Assembly: GCA_018398765.1 (NCBI GenBank)
Contig: JAHBMJ010000390.1
Span: forward strand, 1 to 49,111
From: Chromera velia
Lineage: Eukaryota
Direction of reading: 5' to 3'
DNA length: 49,111 bases
The translations under genes were made by a program, and so were the position numbers. Position 1 is the first letter of the stretch. Each line of letters starts with the position of its first letter. The notes beneath the pieces are model-generated. The model did not search any database. It was not told where the DNA came from and worked only from the letters and a program-made list of their open reading frames with translations. This document shows, in pieces, positions 23,731-34,242 of the stretch.

Positions 23731-26700
23731 GATGATGATGATGATGATGTGACTAAACCCGCCAGCCATAGCAAAGGGCAGTCTGTGGGCATTCATGTCA
23801 TATTGCAAGCTAGGAGCACGCTAGCGAATACTTGCCTAAAGCGGCCAAAGCTTAGGACTACTAGCTAGCAAAGCGCTGCTCCCCAGGATCGATCAGTCTG
23901 GTCCTAAGCATGCAGCAATGAGGGCACTGGCCTTTTTTTTTCGGCGTCCCTCTGAAGAAGAAGCGAGAAGTACCGCCTTATACGCTCCTCGGCCTGCCCC
24001 AACCCTCTACCCCCTCGGGCTTCCTGTTTCTCTCCGTGCTCACACACTTCTTCTATCGACATACGCTCCAGTCGCCTATACCAGAGATCGTTCAGTCTCC
24101 CCCGCGGCACTTCCGTTCGAACACAAGTTGTCAGATGGTGAATCGGGTTGTCAATCAGTTTCTCACAAGTTTTCTCTTCACAAGCCTTGCAAATTGATTC
24201 AACCTTCCCCCCATGGTTTGCCCCCCCTCCAATAACGGCGCACAACACAGGGCGGAAAACTGCCGCGGGGGATGCCGGGAACTGCTTGGCGAGTGGTTCA
24301 ACCGAAGGAGACCTTAAGCCCCCCTTCCCCTCCGCCAGGCTTCCTAGGACCAGTTTTGCAAAGCGTTGGCTGCTTCTATTCTCCTTCTGATAATCAGTCA
24401 GGCAGGCAGACGGAGGAAAAGACACGCCAGACATTCCTTGTCTACCTTGTCTCCCCCCTCTCCTTTCCATCACGGAGACCGGCCGGGTTTGCCCAGTCTC
24501 CCAACCATTCGTTGACTTCTCTGCTTCTCGCCCCCCTTCTCAGCCTGCTATCTGAGGTTCTGAAATCAACCTCATCAGGTTCACCTTTAAGAAGGGCAGA
24601 ACTGATGGGTTGCATAAGCCTTTTTGCCGACCCCGACCACACCCTAAGCTCCCCCCTCTTGTGGTATGCCCACAGCGCTTGAGGCAAAGCCAATCATGTA
24701 AGGGAAAGACTTCTTAAATACCCCCCCACTCTAATACTGAGAATCTCTCTCATAGGCCTCAGCCCAACGGCTGCAAGGGTGGGAAAGACAAAAGAATTCC
24801 AGGGCAGACGGAGAGACCAACGTATAAAACGAAGCTGAAGAGAGTCTAAGCATTGGATGTCAGATTCTCAAATCGGGAGGGCTTCAAGGGAATAAGTGGT
24901 GGTGGGTTCTCATGTCCCCCTGAAGAGGGACATACGACTATATGGGGAGTCTCAGAGCGTCTCTATTGATACGCACAAACCAATAGCCCCTCCCACTCCC
25001 CTCTCTGTAGCTTCAAGTCTGGCAGTCACAGATTTACAAGGATTTGCATCACAAAAGACCTGACGACCCAAGTATCTGTAGTTTTCTGCCCATTCGACCG
25101 TCTGACCCTTGAAAAGAATTTCTTTCTCCCCCCCCCTGCCTGCTAATCTCATCACTTTCATTTTTTTTAAATTCACTGTCAGACCTCACGTGTCACAATA
25201 CATGGCCAACCGATCCATTCTCTTTTGGAGGTCGCGGGGGGAGTACCTACAGATTACGAAATCATCTGCATAACTGATGCTCTCTATCAGAAGGTCTCCC
25301 AGCCTCACTTCCTGGGATGAAATTCAATCCTCCCCTCGATCTCTACTCTAGAGACTAACTGAGGTATGCAAATTATTGATGAAGAGAAGAAATAGAAGAG
25401 GAGAGAGAGGGTCACCTTGTTTTCGCGGCCCATCCACTCTGGAAAAATTGGTAAAGGGTCTTCAGCTCAGGAATATTTGATATTGAAGACTAGAGAAAAT
25501 TAGCCTTCAATGGGTTTGATATTTTGATTTCAGCAGTGTTTTTTGCCTTATTTGAGCCTTTGTGGGAAAGTTTGGTAAGGGGGGGGCAAAAAAGGGAAAA
25601 TTTGGCAGGGATCTTAAAGTTCTGGTACCAAAAATTCCCGAGTGGATGGGCCATGCTTGTTTTATCCCTGTTCCCTCTTCAAATATACTTTCCGACCCAT
25701 CAATCTTCCCCATGACCTTGATGTACATTGCATGGATCATATTAATGTCTCTTTCTGAAAGCCCCTCCTCTCTAAGTCTCTGGATCAATTTCTTTCTGTC
25801 AACTCTATCAAATGCCTTGCTAAAGTCCACAAAACACACGAATAAAGGTCTCTTTTTGTTTCTGGAAGTTTTAGAAAGGGTAAACAAAGCATGAATGGCC
25901 TCTCTAGTCCCCACTCCCTTTCTGAATCCTATCTGTCTGTTGTCTATCCTTACTCTCAGACGGAGGCGAGAATTTATCAATAAAGGAAAGAGCTTAGCCA
26001 GAAGGGTCGCTATATGAATATTAGGCCTCCATTCATCCATTAGCAGAGATACGGGGCCTTTAGGGACTGGGATAATGCGAATGAAGTTCCATATAGACGG
26101 CCAGTAAGAGAAGAGATGAAAGAGATTAAAAAAAATAAAGAGAAGAAAACGGGAGAAACGCAACGACCCGAAACACAGAGCAGTGTGTTTAGGAGAGAGA
26201 CCCTCAAGCCCAGCCCCCTTATTTAGGTTTACTTTTTTTATGACCGTCTCACATAGGGAAAGGGAGAAGAAAGGAAACCGAGGGGGAGGAGGAGGGCTGG
26301 AGGGTATAGGGAGGTTGGGAAGTCCCTCTCCTTCAAACACCGATACCCAGAAATTGGAGAAAGCATCTGCCGACGGTCTGTCCCCCACTCCATCCCCTCC
26401 TATCTGTTGTGCCCTCTTCCACTTCCACACCACTGAGGGGTCCCTAGCGGCCTCCTGGGCAAGACGCTCTGCCTGTGCACACGCGTATACCTTTCTTTTC
26501 CTTGCGATCAACCTTCCCCTTTCCCTTACCAGCTTGTCTTTATGTCTCATTCTTTCTTCTCTGGATCTATCATTACTTCGTCTGCCCACTGTTTGTGTTC
26601 TTAGTTCTCTCTCGGCCTTTCTTACCCTTTCATTCATTTCTTTACACTCCTGGTCCCACCAAGGGGCGGCTATCTGTCCTTTTCTTTGTTTGTTGGATTT

Positions 26701-27765
26701 CTTTCTACCCCTCTGCTTCCTCTCCCCTGGTTGTGCTAACTTCCTTTCCCATTCACCTGCTAGGCCCTTAAATGCCCTTAACTTTCTCAGCCAGGGTCTC
26801 AGGGATGGACGCAGGAGGGATTGGCTGACTGGAGGGGGAGGGGGGGGGGAAACATGAAAGAGAGGGAGACCATTATGAGATAATTCTGCAGCTTTCTCAC
26901 CAGTATCCCATAAACCGGGCCAGCATGCCTCAGAAAGCTGTCGAACGGAAGACGCCAGGACAGCTATCTCTTCATCTTTTACAGGTGAGATTCTATATGA
27001 CTTCTGAAAAGGGGGTGCAAGACTCAACAAGGGATGAAACATGGAGGCGGGGAGGTCAATAGCTTCTGAGTCGACTAAAACGAGACCGCAAGAGATTAAG
27101 CAGTGTTCCGGAGCAGCATTTGGAAACATTTTGACTGCAAATGAGGACCAAGAAGACAGAAGTGCGGGGTCAATAACTTAAAGGACAAAATCAATAACAG
27201 AACAGGGCCTGCCTTCTCTATAGTACGTGCACGCCCCCAGACAGCCAATTTCTACACCTCTGCCCTTGTCTATGAATCTAACTCCATTTAGAGGCATCAA
27301 GTTTGAGGCTTCACACAGGCGAAGTAAAGCCCGACCCTCTGCATCTATTTGTGATCCACATTCTGACTCTCTAACTACACCCTGAACCACCCCATTTCCT
27401 TCTTCACCCCCCCTCCTTCCCAGGTCCGCTCCAGGTCCCATGTCTTCTGCGACTACTTCCCTTTCCCAAATGATTCCCTTAAGGAGTTCTGTTCCAATGT
27501 GTGAATTAGAATTTCCTAGCACCAGCCGCCTAGCTGACAAGGGGACATCACACACCGCATCAAGCAGAAATTCCCTCTCTTGTTCTTTCATTACCCCATC
27601 TCTCAGATTCTCGTGAGCACCTCTCTGAAGGAAATAGACCCCAAAAATGAAAAGAGAGTTCCCCTCCTCCACCTTCCATTGTTTTTCCCCTTCCTGCAAG
27701 CACTCTCGTATCTTAATTCTTGCAATATTTGGTCCGCACAGCTCCCATTCAGGTCTCAGCTGTGC
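23731..27765 (-). mobile_element. Decayed APE-type non-LTR retrotransposon (LINE), copy 2, truncated within the endonuclease
   Basis: APE remnants LGNSNSHIG, SVIDFVL and EHCLI; PWWDQEC linker. RT motifs QIGFRKG, FVDFSKAFDRVDR, GIKQ|GDPLSPLLF and YADD. C-terminal CKAC..HHLTTC. (GAT)6 on + (a (CAT)n tail) at 23731-23748. Multiple stops. Confidence 0.95.
25424..25655. mobile_element. hAT-like MITE (232 bp) inserted in the LINE RT domain
   Basis: TIRs CGCGGCCCATCCACTCTGGAAAAATTGGTA and reverse complement CATGGCCCATCCACTCGGGAATTTTTGGTA. Perfect 8-bp TSD CTTGTTTT at 25416-25423 and 25656-25663. Excision restores the RT motif TGIKQGDPLSPL. Confidence 0.93.
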
Positions 27766-28414
27766 TAACTAACTAAACTAACTAACTAAATTGTGAACTA
27801 AACTACTTACATATGGCTAAACCCCCCTGTATGTGGCTATAGATATATGGTCTTTATTTTAGTTAGTTTAGTTTGACGTGTTACACTATAAAAGATCTGA
27901 TCACTCATTGTCTGAGTTATTCTAAATCCAAGTTAAGGAGCGCCCGTTGAAGGCGTCTTCTGAAACTCTTCTCTACATGAGAGGCTTTGAGTCTTTTTCG
28001 ATCTCAATGGCAGCAGCAGGAGCACCTGGTACTGCGCGTGGAGAGCGCGAGAGACACGGGCTTTTCGACTGGCTTTTAGGGCTGCAGCACGTAGATGTTG
28101 CCAACGGGCTGGAAAAATGCGATCCTCTCATGTTTTTTGATTTAATAGCAAGTAGATCGGCTGCACATCATCGGCAAGCTCGACCAAAAGGTCCTGGGCT
28201 TCATCTGCAAGCTTATCCCCAGACTGAGGATCATCACCTTTAAAAATCTCCTCAAAATCCCCTCAGGTCCTTACTCTCTGGTCGGCTTCTATCTCTGGTC
28301 TCATAATGACTCTCATTATTATCAATAACACTAGCAATGACATCAAACATCATGATGCCAGGGAGAAAAGAGGTGCAAACGCTGGTCAAATCCTAGGATC
28401 AAACGAGGTTAAAA

Positions 28415-28427
28415 CTGTTTAGTTAGT

Positions 28428-28465
<38 letters not shown>

Positions 28466-28525
28466 CTCTATTGATTCATCAATCAATCTCTATAGGGTAA
28501 TAAACTAAACTAACTAACTAACTAA
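28415..28525. repeat. (TTAG)n and (CTAA)n microsatellite blocks in inverted orientation
   Basis: (GTTA)n at about 28418-28464 and (AACT)n at about 28501-28524. Similar blocks at 23683-23706, 27767-27805 and 27858-27873. Confidence 0.85.
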
Positions 28526-29174
28526 AGTCCACGCCTAGGTGGCACCGCTGCCAGAGTCAATTTCTTAAAAAAATTAAACACTTAGTTAGAAATGTGACTA
28601 AAAATGTGATCCAGATTTCTTAGATGAGATTTGTATAATATTTCTATCGATCACATTTCTAAAATATTTCTTAACTTTTTTTTAGGGAGCATCAGAGCAT
28701 GCACATCTTTTTACTTCTCCCCGTAGGTGTACCATTAGATGCAGTCTTGTGGGTGTATGTGGATGCAAAACCCTAATTTTGTTTTTACAGACACGAAGAT
28801 TCACTACCAACCAACATTGTGCAATTGGGGCATAGACCAGCAGTGATTTACGTACCATGCATTCGCATGTACAACTGCATGTCCGATCATCACTCCCTGT
28901 CACTCTCCGTCACTCTCCTGGAGAGTTTTAATTCCCCCCACCCGTAACACGCATCCGTCCTTCAAAACATCTACACCCATCCCTCAGTAACACCCCCACC
29001 AGGCAAAACGAAGTGGGAATCTTTGAAAAACAGCGAAACGAGGAGGAGTAGGCGCGAACACAAGGACGAAGAAATCGAAAGACCCTCAAATTTGCCCATT
29101 CTGTTCGCCCTGTAAACGCAGACTTTATCAGACAGACTCCGAGCCACTAAGGCATCAGCAGCACGGCAATTCAA

Positions 29175-31286
29175 TCAGGCTTCTGCACGATGCTGCTTCA
29201 CCAGCTTCCTCCTTGCCTCCTTCTTGGCCTTGCAGAGCTCCTTGTGAGTCTTCCAGTCGGCCTTCTGGCACTCAACAGAGCAGTACTCCCTGTTCTTGCA
29301 CTGTCCGCACCTACATGAACAGACGCACAGAGAGAGGCAGAGAATAAAAGAAACGTCCGGACCTCCATGATCCACCCAAAGAAAACCTAGACGCGAAGGA
29401 AAGGAAAGAGACCGGCAATTGAGCAAACCTCTCATTCCGGAAATTTTCTGCCTCCCTGAAGAGACAGGAAAGGGAAGTGCATCGCAAATAAAGAGGAGAG
29501 CCCTGGTGGAGAGATCATCACTACAGAGAACGGCAGAAAGGAATGAAAACAAACGTCAAGCACCACTTGCATGAGAGTTTGCAAGGATCAATTTAGAAGT
29601 CATGTTGGGGATCAGCTCACTTCTTCAATTCCGTCCCTTCCTTCCCGCAGACATCACACTTCCGAGTCCGATCCGCCCCCATCCATGCAAAGGCCTTGTC
29701 CCTGCGTGTTTCGCTCTCTTCCTCAGACGAAAAGACGACCCCGTACTGAAAGATGGTGTCAGGAGTGATGGATCGCCCCGGAAAGTGGACTTTCATGATC
29801 TGCATTATCAGATTCGTTGCTCGGGACACCTGCTTCTCCCTCTGCCTGCACGCAAGCACAAATTTGTGGTACCAAATAGACGCAGCGCAGAACATAATGC
29901 AGTCCAGAACTTGCAGTGCCTTCAGTTCTCAACACAAAATGCGGCTGCAAGTTCTGCATTCTGCCAGAGTCCATTGACAATTATACAATTTGAGGACCAC
30001 TCGGAGGAGACCGATGCCGCTCTGTATGGGGAGATACGTACACTGGCTCAGGAATTCAGCTGCCAAATCTTCCACGCACTGTCTCGGCCTGACCGTCTGC
30101 TTGATTGGCAGTACTTGTCAATGTTTGCTTAACACCTGCCTGATTGAATCATCGATCCATTGTTTAAGTCAGCGAGTGAGCGAACAAGCAACCAAAAAAG
30201 AGCGTCTTTGACTGACTTGTGACTCCCAATAATTCTCCCGCCGGGGCCGTTCTCGAGCACGAGGCAGTTGTCCGATGTGTACAGGCGGGCGAAGGCGTAG
30301 TTCAGATGCACCAACTCCTCGAACTTCGGTGGAGAGGTCTGCTCGAGTCTGTTAGCAAACTCCCACCAGTACTTCTCTGCTTTCTTCCACCACCTGGCTG
30401 CCTCGCACTGTGACTTCCCGCAATCGCTGTTGGCGCCCACCAACTCCTCCATCCGGCTCGTGGTGTCGTTGCTGCCTTTTTTCATGAGTTCTCTCACTCG
30501 GGTTTTCATCTTTTCGGTGTTGGCGTCTATGAGTTCTTCCATACGGTTTTTCGCATTTAGTCCCGCGTTGTACCAGAACATGGAGTCCACATCACAGGTG
30601 CGGGACAACACTTGGAAGTACAAATCAGCAGCAGGACGGTCCCGCAAGTCGTTGGGAGGGTCGTCGAAAATGATGCACGCATCGAATGCGCCGGTGAAGA
30701 GATGCGCGATCACAGCGTTCGTGTACTGATGCAGAGCCATCAAGCGGGCAGAAAGGGAAGCCACAAATGACGCCTCTTTCTGCGAGTCTCCGGCAAACGA
30801 GGCAAAGGTGGAAATCGGGTGCTGCAGAGCCTCAAGCACAAAGGCTGCAACACGCTTCTGCATCTTTACAATGGCAAGGTTGACAACTTTCTGCGTCTTT
30901 CCTGTGTTCCTCTGATTTCCCATGGTGGCGCTTCCAAATAACATCAGAGCTGCAGGGAGGTTGCGAGCTTCAATGGCAATGTCGATGGCTTTGGAGAGGA
31001 ACATCACTTTCGCCTCTGTCCCCATCACGTCCTCGGTCTCTGTGAATTTGAACTCAGGCTTCGAAGGCACATTCCAACACTCAGCGCAAACCACGGACTT
31101 CATCCCTACTTTTTCAAAGACGTGAGGTACAATGTAGAGCACGATCTCTGTACCAGTTTCGATACCGGGGACACCATCGCATGTTGTAATCGCAAGACCG
31201 CAGCCCCAATCGGAGGGAAAATCGATAGCGGGCGTGAGAGCAGTCCATTGAGATGGGTCGGCTTTGGGGAACCAGTACAGATTCAT
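29175..31286 (-). CDS. C-terminal MYND-type zinc finger protein, multi-exon (5' end uncertain)
   Basis: CDVC-GKEGTELKK|CGQC..YCSVECQKADWKTHKELC is a canonical MYND finger, split by intron 29311-29620. Large upstream exon (ORF 30129-31385, donor at 30216). First in-frame ATG at 31286; an upstream exon is possible. Confidence 0.8.
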
Positions 31287-31539
31287 TTCGACTTGAAGTT
31301 TTCTTTCCTTGGTCGAAAAGGTGCTTGGCGCTTCTGCTCTAGCTTCTGCTGCCACAAGTGTAGACAGCTGTCGGAATGAAGACAAAGAAAGACAACTCTA
31401 CTGCAGACAGCACTCGCTTAATTGTTCAGCTTCCAATGTCGAAGAGCATGTATTGATCCACTTCGACACAGCAGCTAGTTGAGAAGATGGAAGGATGAAC
31501 CGAACGTGACGATCGTGGCTTGCAGCTATATATATATAT

Positions 31540-31960
31540 TAATATAGGTGTCAGATCGATCGTCCGTGCATGATTGCATGAAGATTGCGAAGGCATGCAA
31601 CTGCTGCAAGTTGAACTGCATGAGTGCATGCGGCACATGCATTTTCGGCCGGCCCAAGCATGCATTCAATTTTCGGGCCGACCGCGCGCGCGCGCGCGCT
31701 TTGCGCGCATGCAGCCTGCTTGCGAAATTTTGTGTCATGCCGCCCGTCTACACTCAGACTGCATGGCATGCAGTGATGATTCTTCAGACTTCATCTGAAG
31801 TTCGTCATGTATGCTTCAATTGGCTTAGTCTCTATATAATAGCTCGGGCCGGAAAGCTCCGCGATCGAACGGATCCAGGTCCATCCAGCCGTCTATACTG
31901 GTGCGTGCAGTGTCGCGACAGTGTCACGCTCGGGGTTAAATTGGCCGTCTCCCCGTGTCT
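31540..31960. promoter_or_regulatory. Likely bidirectional promoter (MYND / NmrA-like genes)
   Basis: Dense TGCATG/GCATGC cluster, a (CG)n run at about 31683-31698 and GCCGTCTCC at 31944, all between divergent genes. Confidence 0.45.
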
Positions 31961-32268
31961 CCCGTCTCTTGTCTTGCCGCACCTCCAGGCCCTCAAAGCG
32001 TCCGACTTACCGGTCAGTGCCGTTTCCTGTCGTCTCCTTATAACACCTGCAAGCATCTGCTAGCGCGGATTCCTTACTTTCTGGCGAGATTCACTCTTTG
32101 AGCGAGAGCAAGGTTCTTCATCCGAAGTTCATCGCGACGGAAAGCTTTCAGGCTAGATGCGCCCTCTTGGCTCTGTTCGACACACAGAGCAGACGCCAAC
32201 ATTTTTGCAGTCATTATTAATAAAATCTTGACATCTCACTTGAAAATCCAATTGTTAGAACTGAGCAG

Positions 32269-33186
32269 ATGGCATTTGTTGTTGCCGGTGCGTCCGGCAA
32301 TGTGGGCTCAGCTGTAGTGACGAGTCTCGCAGCCTCAGGTGAAAGCGTGAAAGCGCTGACCCGTTCGAGCGCCAGTGAGAAGATCTCCCGTCTGAAAGAC
32401 CTCCCAGGAATCCAAATAGTACAGTGTGACCTGACAGACCCCTCAACTCTTCAGGGTTTGTTCGCTGGTGCAAGGGGCGCATTTTTGTGTTACGGCAACT
32501 GCAAACAGCAGGCTGCTGCTGAAAAGGGCTTCATAGACTGTGCAGTTGCTGAAGGGTGTCCGTATTTGGTGAAGCTTGGCACAGTGAGATCGTACACATC
32601 GCTTGACTCGCCTATTGAATACGCTCGGTACCATGCTGAGATTGAGGCCCACCTTGAGTCGACGGCTGGACAGATGAAGTGGACAGTACTTTGCCCAAAT
32701 TGGTTTTTCAGCAACCACCTGGGCGACCTCTTTGGGGGCATTCCCCAAAAGAACGTTGTCGCCTACCCGATCGACACAAAGGCCAAGGCAACTATGGTGG
32801 ACCCCCGAGATGTTGCAGATGTTGCAGTAGCTCTCCTTCTTGCCGAAGAAGCCACGCAGAGTCGGTGTCACAAACTGAAGCTGGACATCAGCGGACCGGA
32901 GGAAGTGTCGACGTCTGACATCGCGCAGATGTTCACCGAGGCGCTCGGCCGTGAAATTCAGGCAGTGAACTGCGAGAGGGAGGAATGGTTGGCAGTCGCA
33001 GCTCAGGCAGGCGCCCTGGAAGACTGGCACGCCCGTGCAGTGTTGTTGAATTTTCCTCTGTGGAAAGCGGGTGACTTAGTCTTTCCCACTTCTGCAGAAG
33101 TCCTTCAACTAGCACCCCCAAAAAGGACAATGAGGCAATGGATTCAAGAGTGGGCTCCCAGGTCGCCTCCTCTATTGAAACCGTAA
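32269..33186 (+). CDS. NmrA-like / atypical SDR NAD(P)-binding oxidoreductase, intronless
   Basis: Rossmann motif VAGASGNVG, ALTR, QCDLTDP..L..LFAG, YARYHAEIE..L, WTVLCPNWFFSN, MVDPRDVADVA and ISGPE. Uninterrupted 305 aa. Confidence 0.9.
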   Translation: MAFVVAGASGNVGSAVVTSLAASGESVKALTRSSASEKISRLKDLPGIQIVQCDLTDPSTLQGLFAGARGAFLCYGNCKQQAAAEKGFIDCAVAEGCPYLVKLGTVRSYTSLDSPIEYARYHAEIEAHLESTAGQMKWTVLCPNWFFSNHLGDLFGGIPQKNVVAYPIDTKAKATMVDPRDVADVAVALLLAEEATQSRCHKLKLDISGPEEVSTSDIAQMFTEALGREIQAVNCEREEWLAVAAQAGALEDWHARAVLLNFPLWKAGDLVFPTSAEVLQLAPPKRTMRQWIQEWAPRSPPLLKP

Positions 33187-34242
33187 GGAGTAAAGGGCAC
33201 CTGACTGGAGAGAAGATTCCATCACGCCGATCAATGTCATCATGCAGTTGTGGCAGAGCGAGAATGCATCGGTCGAAAATTATAATTGTTAAAACTCGAA
33301 AGCCTAGTTGAAACTAGAGTTAAAACCACAAACTCTGTATTTCCTATAGTGTATTAAACTGTATTTCCAGTTTTCAGTTTTTTTTTCTAATTTTTTTCTG
33401 GAATTATAAGTTGAACTAGAAGTTAAATTAATCGTTGAATTGAATTTAGGTGGTAAAAGCCGGCGAGCCACATACGTACCACTTAGGTTAGCTACAGGTT
33501 AGGCAAGTAAAGAGAGCAAGAGAGGGAAAAGCGGCTCAGCGGTTTTTCCATTAAGGACCATCATTATAAATTGCATGATGAAATTCAGATGAATTGACCG
33601 TTAATTTTTTGTTTCTTAATAATTGGATTCTATATCTAGCTGGTGTCTAGGCTGGTGTCTATATGTGTCTATATATAATTTATACTGCGGCAGTCTATTC
33701 TGAGTCTAAACTATAGACTAATTTATATAGTCTATAGTAAAACCATTCATACATTGACTGTGATGAGTCACTGATGAAATGATTTATATGAAAGAAACAT
33801 CAATTTATACTGTTTTTAATTATTACGTTATAATACGTTTTTTTTTTGTCGATGTTTAGCTTTGAATGGCAGTTTTCTTTAGCTCTACAAGTATTATTTG
33901 AAACCTTAATTTATGAAACTAAAAAAAGTTTTAAAAAACTAGCTAGACCGTAGCCTAAACAGAGAAAAATTGTCTCATATCTTAAATCGCTAACTCTGAT
34001 TCTCGGTTTGCTTCAAAGTTATGTCTAAAAATATCTAGAAACATGAAGTACCCACTACTGGCACTCCAATAATAACTTAAAGGTTGAATGCATGAGGTTG
34101 TGAACATAAGAAATTCACGCTTCCTCATGGGATGTTCATGCATGGGGCAAAACTCAAGGTTGGGTGAGTGATTAGAGCACGCACGGCGTATAGAAGCATC
34201 CAATCACATCCAATCCTCTCACTAACAATGTCGGGTCTCTTC

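Larger units (their letters stand above)
23667..28538. mobile_element. Putative TIR element (about 0.8 kb when empty) interrupted by LINE copy 2
   Basis: CTAGGCGTGGACTTTA at 23667-23682 is the exact reverse complement of 28523-28538, and both ends continue into TTAG/CTAA repeats. The LINE is flanked on both sides by AACT/AAACT repeats. TSD is imperfect (GTGGCATC left, GTGGCACC right, 3-bp offset). Confidence 0.6.

Noticed and set aside
28415..28525. (TTAG)n as an interstitial telomere
   Set aside because: The 4-mer lacks the G-run of telomeric repeats and occurs in both orientations inside a TIR-bounded element.
28585..28672. Short inverted repeat TTAGAAATGTGA...TCACATTTCTAA
   Set aside because: Only 12 bp in AT-rich DNA with no TSD; cannot be distinguished from chance or old debris.
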